Positions 50,637 through 64,000 of a DNA stretch of 64,000 nt are shown here, one piece after another. The DNA is taken from the NCBI RefSeq assembly GCF_004010195.1, contig NC_057755.1:5087643-5151642 (forward strand). The letters are read 5' to 3'. The position numbers and the translations under genes were made by a program. The notes beneath the pieces were generated by a model. The model had not been told where the DNA came from and ran no database searches. It saw only the letters and a list, made by a program, of their open reading frames with translations. Every line of letters begins with the position of its first letter. Position 1 is the stretch's first letter. Origin of the DNA: Chiloscyllium plagiosum (taxonomy: Eukaryota).

Positions 50637-52309
50637 TGGATGTGAGCAACTTTCATCTTTTCAATTGAGATTTGAATACATTTGTCGTTAATAAAATGAA
50701 ACATTGCATATAATACAACTCTTCAGGATAACTTTGCTAATAAATTATTTTAAGTTCATTTATAGCATGTTCCCTGTGTGTGCATTGGTTCGTTTGCATC
50801 TAAAAACCTTAAGCATTTTTAACAACAAAGAGATGTATTTCAAGGAATCCTTTTATGAAAGTGATATTTGTCAGCAATTTTCCATGCAATGAGATATCAC
50901 CATTTTATAACACATATCCAGAACTCTGTGAAATCAGTTGGCAGCTCTGCCTGTACATCATCCAGATCCGTTATAACCTATCCTTCAGTTTTTCCAGCAA
51001 TCTGCTCCTTCTGTACCGACGCTCAAACTACGTGGCAATGCTTTCTTCTGCAAGGATTTCTCAGGCATCTACAGTCCACAAACATGGGTTAACTGACTGT
51101 AGTATTCATCCTGCGCTGCATTGCCCTGATTGGGCAGGATTTCGCCCAGCCATTATTTGATTGGAAATTCGTTGAGCATCCATTAAAGACAGACCTTCGT
51201 TAACCCACCGCTGGGTCTGGAGTGAATGTTAAGGTCATTTATTCAGAATATAAATTCAATGTGTTTTCTTAATTCACATAACTTTAGACAATCATTATAA
51301 GATAAAAGTACTTTTAATGCCTGGTTTTGTCTCTGAAATTTGGTTCCACCTCTTGGATGATATGAAACCTCTGTTGCTCACAAAATTCCTGGCATTAATT
51401 ATTTTTCATTTAGTGTAATAACATGCAGTGCTGTACAGAAAAACAACCTATGTCGAATTACTAAGGGAGGACATTCTTGGGAATATCTTTTCATATGAAT
51501 CGATACAAAACCCATGTCATAATTAGATGTGGCAGATCCTATCACGGTTTCGAGTCCCCTGTGACTATCCAATACCCATTAGCGTTCATAGTAAATATAA
51601 TCATGCTATTGTAAAATTAGAATTGTTTTGGTGAGTCTCTTTATTCAATTGAGCTATATCTTTTATTTACCTTAATGGAGTAAGTAGATAACAGCAGGGA
51701 ACTAAAGCCATTGCAGCATTTCTCAGTGAGATTAAGACTGATCAACCTCTGTCAATGCAGAAATAGCCAGTGATAATTGATAATGCACGAACAGTCGGTT
51801 AATACTGGTAACTAAGTTGAATTAAGGGCTCGTCAGAAGTGCAGTCCAGCTACACTCATTTAGAAATAACTTCAGTGGCATTCAACTAGGTTCATTGAAT
51901 TTCTAACACCATTTCAGTTACTGTCCAAACATGCAATAAGCATGCTGTTGCGAAGACGTAAGATAAGAACAAATGGGAATTGCTTCAAGTGGTCCAAGAA
52001 AGTTGTCAAAAAACCTCAAGATAAATAGTAATGAGGTGAAATATCCCTAACCATTACTGAAAAAAAGTGGTTAAAATGCATATGCATGTACTTGTTGAAA
52101 GCATTTCCCATCAATTCTGGTAACTTTTAGCCATTGTTCTTCAGAGCGCAATACCAGCCCAAGCCTAATCTGCTCCTTTATCTTTCAAGTACCTTTCCTT
52201 GCAGCTTCAATCATGTGATTATCGCTGATGGCTTTGAAAAGTCCTGTTTGTTTCTCAACAATGACATTTTAAATCAACCCGTGTCTATCTGCAACACGAT
52301 GCAGACAGC

Positions 52310-52630
52310 ATACAGAATCCATAATCCTAACAGCGTGGAAACAGCTATTCGACGCAAAATGTCCACCCCCACTCTCTGAAAGGCATCCCATCCAAACTCA
52401 CCTCCCAATTTTATCCCTGTAACCATGCACTTCCCATGTCTAAACCACCTAACTTACACATCCCTGGATGTTAGGCGCAATTTATTTCGGCCAATCCACG
52501 AAACCTACACAAGTTTGGACTGTGGGAGGAAACAGAAGCAAAAGGCGGAACCCCATAAATGCAGGGAGAATGTACAAACACGACGCAGAAAGCCGTCCAA
52601 GGTTGGAATTGAATTTGGGTCACTTAACTA
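52310..52630 (-). mobile_element. Diverged HE1/V-SINE-type SINE
   Basis: ggactgtgggaggaaac and gggagaatgtacaaac motifs. Confidence 0.68.
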
Positions 52631-53299
52631 TGACGATGATTTTTAGGAAATTTTGATTCAACATTAGCAATTATTAGTCATTCAAAGCATGAGATATTTT
52701 AATTATCGCTCATTTATTGCACTGGACAATAGCTATCGCTGTATCAATCATTCTTAACAACGTCATGATATCATTGCCAGAACCTGAGATGCACGAGCTT
52801 CATGAACACATGAATTATAAAATTATCACAAGACGACAAGAGAATGCATTTGCAATGTTGGCAGAGTGTCTTTTTAATGGAAATTTAGTTTGTTAGAAAG
52901 AACATTGGAATGTACCATTGCAAAGAGAGCAAAGGAAGTTAATGCAGTATCGGTCATGCCATTTGAATTTAAGCATACCTCTGTCACATATCGATAATTA
53001 GTGAATAGAATTAGCTCTCAAGTTACTAATTCCATGGTATACTTGTATGACACCACACTATATAATCCTATACCGATAGAAAATATCAATAAGGCAAAAT
53101 GGAGATGGTCAATTCATATTGTGATGGGCAGGAGGAAAAATGTGCATCGATGACAGGAGACTGGGTGACGAATTATCAACAGGAAAAGAGACAGCACGTC
53201 GAGGAAACACATGACGCCTTACAGTTGTCCAGCATTCTGTAAATTTGAGGATGGAAGGTAGAAGAGAAGATTTTTCACCACATTATGTGAAGGTGCAGG

Positions 53300-54140
53300 A
53301 CAAGATCAGCTCAGATTTCAACGGGATCTTCATCAGATTGGCCAATGGGCTGACGAGTGGCGAATGGCGTTTAATATCGATAAATGTGAGGTGTTGCATT
53401 TTGGAAAAGCAAATCAGAGCAGACCTGTATACTCAATGGTAAGGTCCTGGGCTGTATTGCTGAACAAAGAGACCTTGGAGTGCTGGCCCATAGTTCCTTG
53501 AAAGTCGATTCTCAGGTCAACAGGATAGTGAAGAAGGCGTTTGGTATGCTTTCCTTCATTGGATAGAGTATTAAGTGCAGGAGTTAGGGCGTCATGTTGC
53601 AGCTGTACAGGACATTGTTTAGTCCACTGTTTACAATATTGTATTCAATTCTGCTCTCAGATCTATCAGAAGGCTGTTGTGAAACTTGAAATGGTTCAGA
53701 AAAGATTTAAAAGGATGTTGCCAGTGTTGGAGTGTTTGGGCACTGTGAGAGGGTAAATAGGCTGGGACTGTTTTCGGAGGCTGAGGGGTGACGTTATGGA
53801 GAATATAATATAATTAGGGTCATCGATAAAGTAAATGGATAAGGTATTTCTTTGTCGTGGGGAGTCGAGAACTTGAGGTCTCAAATTTAGGTGAGAGGAT
53901 AAATATGAAAATGGACCTAAGTGACAACTTTTTCGAACAGAGTGCAGTGTTGTATGGACTTAGCTGCCAGAAGAGGTGTTGGAGGCAAGTACAATTACAA
54001 CATTTGGAAGGGCTTCGAGTGATATGGGTCAAGGGCTTGCATATAGGGCGAGATTCAGTTGGGATATCCGGTCGGCATAGACTGATTGGACCCAAGGGCC
54101 TGTTTCCATGCTATATACATCTTTATGACTCTATGACTGT
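53300..54140 (+). mobile_element. CR1 LINE 3' fragment
   Basis: gataaatgtgaggtgttgcattttgg (DKCEVLHFG), LEMVQKRFKRMLP, ATGACTCT tail. Confidence 0.82.
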
Positions 54141-54699
54141 AAGTGGAATGCAATAGTTGGTAATTCTGATTACTCTAGGGAAGAATGTGTAAAAGGTTAT
54201 AGTGTCAGAGGCGGAAAGGAAGACATTGCTGCAATGTCCGCAGGAGAACATTCTAGAACATTACACTTCCAGTTCAAAGAGATGTGACACACGTTTGGCT
54301 CTTCTCCTGGAAAATAAAATAGATAAAATCAAGCTGGATGAGCATTTGGGAAATAGCACCATCCTCACAATTCATCTTTCTCCCTTCCTGACCATCATCT
54401 GCAAATTTTGAAGTTTTTCTTGCAATGTCCATCTCAAAAATCATCCATATAAATATGAAAAAAAAAAGAGGGTCACAAAACCTGCCCCGGGGAATGCTAT
54501 TTTCGACTTATTTCCAAACTGAGAAATTACCATCTAAACCTACCCTCTCTTTCCTCTCCAATCATGTTTTTTTAATGCATCCTTCTGTTTTAACTGCTTT
54601 CTGGAAGTCTGCAACATGCACAACACTGTCCTCATCCACTGTTGACGTCACATTGTCAAAGAACTCAACTACCTTTGTCAGACACGACCTGGCCTGCGT

Positions 54700-55795
54700 C
54701 ACATCGGCTCCCAAGAGGACCAATTCCAAAATAAAAATTACAGATGGCCTCTTTCTTCAACACCATACTTTTGCCTCCCTCATGGTCAAAGACGCGCTCA
54801 CGGTGCACCACTTCCATTTCCTACACCTCCGCCCTTTAACCACATCCCTCCAATTGCGACAAGGACAGAACACCCGAGTCCTCACATTCCACCCCACAAA
54901 CTTCCAAATATATCCCATCGTCTTCCATCATTTCCACAAGCAGGCCTCAACTTCAGGGATCTATCTCCGTCCCTATCTGCGTTCTGGAAAGATCATTCCC
55001 TCTACGACTCCCTTGTCAGATCCAAGACCCCACCAGCGCTCACGCCACGCCTTGCATCTTTCCCTGTCACCGCAGGAAGTGCAAAACCTGCACCCACAGC
55101 ACAACCTTCACCTTCGTCCAAGGCCCAGAGTACCTTTCACATGTGACATAGGTTTATCTGCACTTCCACACACAACGTCTGCTGTGTCTATTGCTGTCAA
55201 TGTGGTCTTCTCTGCATTGGGGAGACAGGACACCAACATGGGGAACATTTGAGAGAACATCTCTGAGACACAAGCACTAAACAACCCCACAACCCTATGG
55301 CTGAACATTTTAACACTCCCTACCACTCCTCTAAGTACATGCAAGTGCCAACTCTAAACACCCGATGTCTGCAGGTTAAACGCATCATCCTCTGTTTTGG
55401 CAATTTCCAACCACTCAGGATCAATGTGGATTTCACTAGTTTCCCGTTTCCCCTCCCCCAAACTTATCCCAGATTTAAAATTCAAACTCAGCACCGCCTC
55501 TTGAACTGCTCTACTTGCCAAGCTTCCATTCCACATTCTGCTCCACCCTACTCTCCGACCTAATGCATTAACCCCAGCTTCAACTATATGTTGCATTCTC
55601 AGTTATCTTAGACCCAGCCCATCTCACCTCCATTTATCCATCAGCCCCCTGAGCCAGATCTCATTCCTGATGATGAGGTTATGTTCGAAATATCGACTCT
55701 CCTGCTCCTTGTATGCTACCTGGTCGTCTGTGCTTTTCCAGCACCACATTCTTCGACTCTGATTTCAAACATCTGCAGTCCTCAGTTTCTACTTT
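54700..55795 (+). mobile_element. Penelope-like element 3' portion (post-RT linker, GIY-YIG, terminal repeat)
   Basis: LTFHPTN, Cys-rich linker, AEHFN, ILCFGNFQPLRINVDFTSF. Degenerate hammerhead ctgatgatgaggttatgttcgaaat near 55667-55691. Confidence 0.75.
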
Positions 55796-56997
55796 GAGTT
55801 TGTCATGCTGGTTGTCCAGTATCTACCTACTTGTTTTGCTCCCGAAGTGTACAATTAACTTATCTGGTATAATGACCACAGTCAGATTTCCCTTTGATCA
55901 CGGGTAATTCCACATTTTTCTTAAATTGAATTTAAATTATACCATCTGCCGTAGTGTGGTTTGAATCTGAGTCTCCGGAACAATACCTCGATCTCTGAAT
56001 TAATAGTCCAGTGATAGTGTCACTGGGAAATTTCCCACCCGTTAATATTTGTGCTCCAATATATTAATGAGCAGTTCTGACACTCGAATTCAGCTTATCT
56101 TTTATTTCATAATTTGCTTGTAATGTGCATTCTTCGATACACCAAAAGAAGTCACTTGTCTATGTTATGAGGACAACAAATTTCCTGTTTTGGTTGTGGC
56201 CTTTTTGTGATGATAAAATCCTTTCTTGTTAGATTTCGAAAGCATCACATTGTTACAAGGTCTGATATTGGCGAGACAGCATCCTGAGTAATAGACCCAA
56301 CGGGGTGAACATTGACCTGAGAAGCGAAATAGAACTCATGTTAAAAGCTGCATCTGCATTGGTGACATATATAGCAGTTCCCAGCTAAAGGGATAAAATG
56401 TATGGGGAACACATTTTATTGAGTTGGATGATCAACCGTGATCATATTGAATGGTTGAGCAGGCTCAAAGAGCCGAATAGATTACTCTTGCTCATATTTA
56501 CTCTGTTTGTATCTGCAAATCAGGAAATTGACTGAAACAGTAACAGTCAATTTATTTTGCAATGAAGGAAATTCTAACTGACAAAGAATCTGAAGAACAT
56601 TTCAACATTTTGCATTCCAGTCATTCAGGGGAATGTACAATTAGATCTGCCCTGTTTGAATATCAGTAAGTGAACTCATTGCTATTGTGCAAAAAGGAAA
56701 GTCACTCACAAAATTTATACGTGCTGCAAAATCCGGAGTGTGGAAGATGTGGTTCCAAAATAATTGGAAATATCAAAATTGGTGTTGAATTTAAATGAGC
56801 ATTCATATTGTTAAAAGGAATATCAGAGGCTATCAACATGTCAATAGCACGCTGTTATGTATCCTGTCTGTCGAGATCATGAGCTGATCAGATCTCAATT
56901 TCAAACTCCATCGGTTCTCTGCTCGAATTTAAGCCAAATTCTTTGATCTCCAGTCTAAGGACATTAAATGAAAGTAAAACTCAGCTGGTCACAAAGA

Positions 56998-57530
56998 ATC
57001 AAGATTAGAATTGTGCTGGAAAAGCATAACAAGTCAGGCAACATCCAAGGAACAGGAAAATCAATGTTTTGAGCAAAAGCCCTTCATCACGATTGAGGCT
57101 GCAGCCTCGAGGTTGGAGAGATAAATAAGAGAGGGTGGAGCTGGGGAGAAAGTAGTCGAGAGTTCAATAGGTAGATGGAGGTGGGGTTGAAAGTGATAGG
57201 TCGTAGAGGAATGGATACGTGGGAAAGAGAATTGACCGGTGGGACCGGTAATGAGGATGGTGCTGAGCTGGAAGGTTGGAACTGGGGTAAGGTGGGGGAT
57301 CCACTGCCACCTCCATTCACATATTGCATTCTCAGCTACGTTCTCCCCAGCGCCACTCCCTTCCATTTATCATTCCACACCTGAAGCTCCCAGCCTCATT
57401 CCTGATGAAGGGATTTTGCCCGAAACTTCGAATGTCCTGCTCCTCGGATGCTGCCTGACTTGCTGTGCCTCTCCAGTACTGTTTTAATCTTGACTCTAAT
57501 CACCAGCATCTGCAGTACCCACCTCTGCCT
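56998..57530. mobile_element. Inverted pair of Penelope-type terminal repeats (minus ~56998-57300, plus ~57300-57530)
   Basis: The plus arm has cattcCTGATGAAGGGATTTTGCCCGAAACTTCgaatg. The minus arm carries the complementary motif near 57062-57090. Confidence 0.75.
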
Positions 57531-58769
57531 GGTCTCAGTGAATCCACTGTTGCTTTTCCAACTGAATTCACAGCAACAATAGCTATCCCTTCAAACAATA
57601 TACATTGAATGCAATCTAATTTCAAATAAACCCGAATGAGGATGCTGATTTATTCTTTCTAAATTTTTTAAATCGTTATTTTCACACTAAACAATCCAAA
57701 TATTTTCATTCTCTATGTTTCAACCATAAAGTCACAATCGTGCTGCTTTATCAGAGGAGACTGGTAGAAGCTTAATCTAATGGTCACGAAGCATTAGGTC
57801 AGCTGAGAGGTTGAGAAGGAGAGTCCTTTGTATGCAACTTAGTTGATGCAAGAATTCAACACATAGTGTTCTCATTATGCTGCATCCCTAAATGAGCAAC
57901 CAGTTGATGCTAATAATATTATCCATATGACTACAAACCTTGTTATTACATACTCGGGTCTCAGAATGGATGTGCCGTTCCTCACATCCCACAAACAAAA
58001 CAGCAATCGATGTTGATATTTCCAATATGGCAAGTAACCATGGGGTGAAGAAGATCACCCAAAGCGGTGTCTGGATATCAGTGGTAAGAACGTTGTTAGA
58101 ACAGTCTGAGGTTTCTGAGAAATATACATTTCAACACCCAATCTTTTAGCAAATTTTAAGAGGAAAATGAACCCAAGGCGAGTATCAGAGTATATAGTCA
58201 AATCTGTAAAATGAAGATGGCTGGGCATAATTCTGATTTTCATCATTTGTGATCCCTCGTATTTTTTCTGCTCCCCTAACTACAATTGCATCATTTTCCC
58301 GAATGACTGGGCTTTCAAATTTTGAATTGAGAATTAATAGACAGGGTAACGAAGGAAAATGGACAGAACTTGAGTAGAAGATTGCACCCATTGAATGGGT
58401 TTCAATTTTCTAATTGTGTTGAAGCACTCTGGCTAACTCACACAGCAACTATATTCTTGTTTTTTTCTAACCAACTATGTATAGAATCCCACTGTGAAAC
58501 ACGTTAATTGATTTACTTACAGAAGAAGAAACCAAAATCATTCTGAAAATTCGTAAGGAGTCAAATGTAAGTTACATCTGGTGGTATGAGAGCCACTGAC
58601 CGGGTCAGATTTATTTTGCCCATCCCTCATTACTCTACAGAAGATTTTTGTGAACTGTTTCTGAACATTTTTCTGCACTGTATCAAGATACAACAGTTAA
58701 GAGACAGTTGCAGGAATGTGATCCCTCGACAGCGAGGGAATAGTGATAGGCAGTGGAAGTGCATAACAG

Positions 58770-59310
58770 AGTTATAGAGGTTTAGAGCATTGAAACAGGA
58801 ACGTCGGCCCAATTTGTCAAAGCCGCCCAGATTTCACAATGCATCCAGTCCCATTTATTTGCATTTTCCCCTATCTCCCGATACCTACCTCTTCCATGTA
58901 CCTATTCAAAAGTTGCTTAAATGAGAAAATTGTCCTTGCCTCCATCATTACCGGTGGCATCCCATTCCAAACAATCATCACCTTCTGTGTGAATAAATTG
59001 GCCCTCTGGATACTTTTATGTCTCTACACTCTCATTTTAAACCTATGCCCTCTAGTTTTCAACTTCCCAGTGGTACGGCCACATTTGGAGTGCTGAGTGC
59101 AGTTCTCTTCACTCTAATATAGAAACAATATAATAAAATAAAAAATTTGAAAAGTTTTAGTAGGATGCTATCTGCTAGGATGCACACTGGAAATATGCTT
59201 GAAGGAGCAGTTTATTCTCTGGAGCGTGGGAGACTCGGGCGTGGGGAAGAGCTTATGGAGGTCTATAAAATCATGGCATGCACAGGTAAGGTAGTTAGCC
59301 ACCAGCTGTC
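58770..59310. mobile_element. CR1 3' fragments in opposite orientations (minus ~58770-59068, plus ~59070-59310)
   Basis: aaacctatgccctctag on one side, cggccacatttggagtgc and YSLERGRL/EVYKIM on the other. Confidence 0.6.
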
Positions 59311-60174
59311 CCATGGGAGAGGATATTGCACTGAACATAACCACATGAAGCTGAAACACGATACTGCAAATGAAAAAAAACTTCAAATGTGCATCTATTT
59401 TCATGTCCACCGAACACATTTTAAATAAAGACATACCTCTCTTAGGACCTATGATACTCCTGCACTGTAACTAAACACTGTTACTAAAGGCCACTCATTC
59501 TTTCTACAAGTGAGAATATCCTGGTGGGGAATGTGTGAGCGCTGGCGAACACGATTCTCCTGCCTTTACTCTTCAAGATTCTATAAATATGTGCGTTTGA
59601 AATGTGTTCCCCTTGTTGCGTTGGTGAGTTGCCTCTCTGCATCTTCTCGATGTGAGACTGTGCTGCCCCTGTGCATGAATAGTGAAGGGAGTGAGCTCTG
59701 AAGCGTCACGTATGGAGCGCCAAACAAGCCGGCCAAGATGGTTAAGTTGATTAAAGCACATGTAAATTAGAAACATTACAGGGAATTGCCTCTGCTACAT
59801 GCATTCTTCGGAGGTTCATTGCCAAATACAGCCAATTAAAAGTAAAATTTTGTGTGTGGTTTAGCATAATACTTTTCTGTACTTACTTTAACTGTACAAG
59901 GAAATTTGATAACTGCAGAGTCACAGTCAATACTTTGATTCCACGAAAAGAACTCCAAAGTGATAATTAATGCATCAACCATCACCAGGACGAAACTGAT
60001 CATGTTTCCCACCACCTTAAAAAAGTAACCAAAAATCTATTTGTATATCTAGTCTCAGTGACAACCGTTACATAACATTGGCTCTTTGGGTGAAAATAAC
60101 GAGCCCAACCAGAGAGTTGCCCACTATTGCATAGGAAAGTTTGCATTATCTGTGGAGGGACCTTTTGATGTATA

Positions 60175-60481
60175 AGATTAGATTGGATTAAATTACATTA
60201 CAGTGTGGAAGCAGGCCCTTAGGCCCAACGAGTCCACACCGACCCGCCGAAGCGCGACCCACCCCTACATTTACCCCTTACCTAACACTACGGGCAATTT
60301 AGCATGGACAACTCACCTGACCCTGCACATCTTTGGACTGTGGGAGGAAACCGGAGCAAACCCACGCAGACACGGGGAGAACGTGCAAACTCCACACAGT
60401 CAGTCGCCTGAGGCGGGAATTGAACCCGGGTCTCTGGCGCTGTGAGGCAGCAGTGCTAACCACTGTGCCACCGTGCCGCCC
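60175..60481 (-). mobile_element. tRNA-derived SINE (HE1/V-SINE type), young copy
   Basis: Intact A box TGGCACAGTGG and B box GGTTCAATTCC, V-domain, (TCTAA)n tail. Very similar to 6060-6369. Confidence 0.9.
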
Positions 60482-61629
60482 AAATCGACAGAATTGTTGT
60501 GGTGCAGAGAGAGACCATTTGGCGTATTGTGCCTGCATGGTTCCATCATCCCTATCTTTCCACACTTATCTCCCCACCATCCAAATACTAATTCAGTGCC
60601 TCCTTTGTTTGCTCCATTTGAACCTGCGTCCATCATATTTCCAACGCAGATACAGGGAGAATATGCGAACTACAAAAATCGGGATTGTAATCGAACGTGG
60701 ATTCCCAGTACTATGAGAAAGCAGTGCTAGATACTGTGCCACTCCAAACAGAGTCTAGTATCCCCCATTAAGTCTGCACTGACCTTCCAAACAGCATTCC
60801 ACATTGTCCCCATAGCCCCACATTTCCCATGTTTAATCAGCCGAGCCGATGCATTGTGGGACTGAGTGGAACCTGACCATGCAGCATGTGTCGAATGTGC
60901 AAGCTCTACATGGGCAGTCTTCTGAGATAATTTCGAAACCGACTCCTCAGCACTAAGTCACAACATTGCTCAAAACTGAACCAATGTCCTATGGTGTATA
61001 GTGAAAGAAAAAGCGTGCTCTAACACTCTCTGTTTCCTGGAGCGTTTGTTTTGTTTTTGACGTCAAGCACTTGCAATCCTTTCTTTTATACTATTGAAAA
61101 CGTAGGAAGGTTCCACATTAATTCAAGACATCAGCAACCTAATTTTCACTTTGCCCTTGATTTGACACAAAATGCAGAGGAGTAAACTGCCGGCAGTTCT
61201 GTACCCAACCTTTTCCTGGTTTATCATGTCATCTACTGTTTTACTTTACTGTGACTGAACAGTTCAGTGCGGAGGTTTTCTGTCCATTCGAATTTATCAC
61301 CTCACTAAAAAAAGACTTGAACATGAGCGCAGTAATGGTTACGTTTAAAACGTTTAGATACCAGAACTCAAGGATAGGTGTACTTGCAAGGCATGCAATT
61401 GATACTGTTTCCAGAGTATAGGAGAAGCACCCGCTGAACATAATCTCGAATGGAAAGCCAGCAAGTCAACTTTAGTTCACCAGATGCATTCACAATGATT
61501 GCAAGTATCTAAAACTACGGGTTATCCTTTGCAATTTATTTCCTAACTTTGACTCGGTTGCAACCACTTCAACAAACAAGAAACAGACATTCCTGGAAAC
61601 GCGCAGCAAACCTGGTGACAGCTGATTCT

Positions 61630-62290
61630 CTTCAGCACTCTCTGTTTTTGTTTCACATCTGCAGCAATACCTGTTTTTTTGTTTGTGTCGGATCACAGCA
61701 ATTTCTGCTTTCTCTTTGTTTCTGATTTCCAGCCAGCAATTTCTGTTTTTATTTCTTTCAGATCTGCAGCAATTTCAATTTTTTTCATATTTCCAACTAT
61801 TTTTGCTTTTATTTGTATTATGTGAAGGAACAGGATATTCATCCGAATAATTTTTTTTTTAATTAGCACTCTTGAAACTGAAATACTCAATTTTCTGAAA
61901 CATTATAGTTTCCCATGTCTTAATCAGTTTCATTGTGCAGCATTATGATAAAGTGATCTCATCCTCATCTCTGGGAGGAGAAATCGGATCTACTTGTACA
62001 GACTGTCAGTTCTGTGTTAACCTCGTCAATTTCTCTTCCAGAAATATCGCTTGCAATAAAATATTTGCCAATTTCACTTCGAGATGTGTTTTGTGAATCT
62101 CTAACCTCTTGGGCAAATTTCTCCAACAATAACCAACACATTTTGTTTTTAAATGTATCAGATCTCCAGCGATTTCTATTTTTATTTCTTCTTTCGTATG
62201 TGCAGCAGTTTCTACATTTTGTTGTTTCAGAACTGCAGAAATGTCTGTTTTTGTTCAGATTAGCTCTTCAGCATCCGCAATTCTTTGCTT
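61630..62290. repeat. Degenerate ~30-bp tandem repeats (gcaatttctgtttttgtttcagatctgca) in two patches
   Basis: Repeated units at ~61630-61810 and ~62120-62290. The unit resembles the tail of the palindromic repeat family. Confidence 0.6.
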
Positions 62291-64000
62291 TATTTTTCTA
62301 CCTGTCTCCCAACGAAATGTCTTGAAGCAAGATGTTATTTTGTCTGTAAGGATTCTTGTTCACAAATAGATGAAGAAATAAAAGAGCAGGTGTTGAGTAA
62401 CTGGGAGAAAGCACAATACTGCAGACGATGGAACCAATTCGAGTAAAGTGCTGAAACTTTGACAGAGAATGTTCCAACACAATCTGAATGTCTTCACGAA
62501 ATCAGGACAATGTTGGGTCTAAGTAAGGAAATGAGCTGCTTTTCAGTGCACTGTGAGTATGATATAAACAACTTGGTTTGGGTTTTCGAAATAAGATAGT
62601 GAAACGCGTAAAGTCGTGCTAATTAGAAGATAAGATTCACCTTGAAGATAACTGAGTCAGAATACCACAATAATAGGTGAGGAACTGTGGATGTTAGAAT
62701 TCTCAAACAAGATCAGAATTAGCTGGAGAAACTCTGCAGGTTTGACGGCATCAGCAGAAAGAAAGCAGAGTCACAGGACCCGAAACTAAGACATTGACAA
62801 ATTTGAAGATTCAACTTTGAATTGAATTTCAATATGATTTGGGATATTTTTTGCCATGGTGAACGTTGGAATTTTCTCTGTACGTGAGAAACCTACACGG
62901 AGTTTCTTGTGAACAAACATAAAAGCGCTTAAAATATTAGAGTTATTTCCTGGATATCATTGTAACATTAAGCATGGCACCTATTTGGTTCCAATCTTCC
63001 CATTCCTTCCAACATTTTTTTTGCTTCAAATTACTAAGAAACGTACCGAAAAAACTGCTCCACCAATGAATCCCAAATATCCTTGCTCTGGGTAGCGTGT
63101 TGTGAAATACTGGCATCCAATTCAATATGTACCAATAGAGTATTGTCAGTACTCCCAAGCCAACCTGAATAAGCTAAAGGACACAAAATTAAGGTTGAGG
63201 AAAGAGTGTACATTCAAAGACGGAGTCAACTGCTTGTAGGAATGAGCTGAGTCGAAGAGCCCTTGAATAGAGAATGAGTCAAATGCAACTCACTGAATTC
63301 GATTAGATTATCGACCAGGGCAAAGAGGCATTCCCTGCAACTTTTTGTCACATATCAGAGGCAATGATTCGCATTACACAATCAGCGGGAGATGAGCATC
63401 TCCAACAACAACAAAAAATCAGTCCAGATTTTCCATCCTGCAGTCGACCAGTCTTCACATTCTGAGAATATCATTATGAAGAAACTGGACTGAACCATTC
63501 CCATTGATACCATGCCTGGCAGAGCAGGTGAGTGCGGCTCAGAATCGCTCACACCCTCTCTCTGTAGTCCAACATCTTCAAGGTCAGCTAAGGAGTGTCG
63601 TGGATGTCTCTCGAATTTCTCGGATGAGCGCTACTCCAACAACACGCGAGACAATCGGCACATACACAGATATTTAAGCCTCCATGATTGGCATCTGAAC
63701 AGCTAAATTCAAAATTCACTGCCTTCACCACTGATGCACAGAGACCCAACCGAGTAGCATTTGCAAGATGCCCTGCTGTTACCGACCCAGATTTTACTCC
63801 ATCGCTTATAATTTGATGGGTATGGACATCTCTGGCTAACCCAGCAATCTGCACTAAAAAAAAGCAAAATGGGAGAAAGCAGAATTCTGTGGACAATGAG
63901 CAGAAATGCATTACGTGCTGTGTTTCTGACAGAAAAAGTTCGAGCCGCAGCATGAAGTGTTGGACAGGACTAAATGTTTTTCGTGTGAAAAGCAGCTAGT

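Noticed and set aside
54425..55252. 275-aa ORF as a host gene (also 4157-4981)
   Set aside because: Chance open frames across decayed retroelement sequence. Only patches match Penelope ORF motifs.
58055..58560. Possible minus-strand exons (GTAAGT donor near 58520, acceptor near 58204)
   Set aside because: No recognisable protein similarity or consistent multi-exon frame.
63512..63706. ATG plus donor GCAG|GTGAGT as a new gene start
   Set aside because: No similarity to the receptor exon 1, and the surrounding sequence resembles decayed LINE.

Overview
Eukaryotic, repeat-rich, gene-poor vertebrate DNA. The repeat families (HE1/V-SINE-type SINEs, CR1 LINEs, Penelope-like elements) point to a cartilaginous fish, probably a shark. 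The only host genes are a head-to-tail + strand cluster of two-exon class-A GPCRs resembling the GPR139/GPR142 group. One copy is intact (exon 1 12448-12514 plus exon 2 14058-14971, 326 aa). One has an open exon 2 but has lost its splice acceptor and carries DRF->DQF (48980-49851). Three are clear pseudogenes (9240-11600, ~17718-18350, 19671-24601), and a small TM7 remnant lies at ~19190-19300. The rest is transposon-derived: two long CR1 LINEs, nested Gypsy (Gmr1-like) LTR remnants and solo LTRs, tRNA-derived SINEs, and three Penelope-type or related repeat families carrying minimal hammerhead-ribozyme motifs. There is also a 41-bp minisatellite with higher-order structure, two recent tandem duplications (~477 bp and 1864 bp) and a 43-N gap. 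All family assignments come from motif recognition by eye, not database searches. Repeat boundaries are approximate unless exact junctions are quoted.
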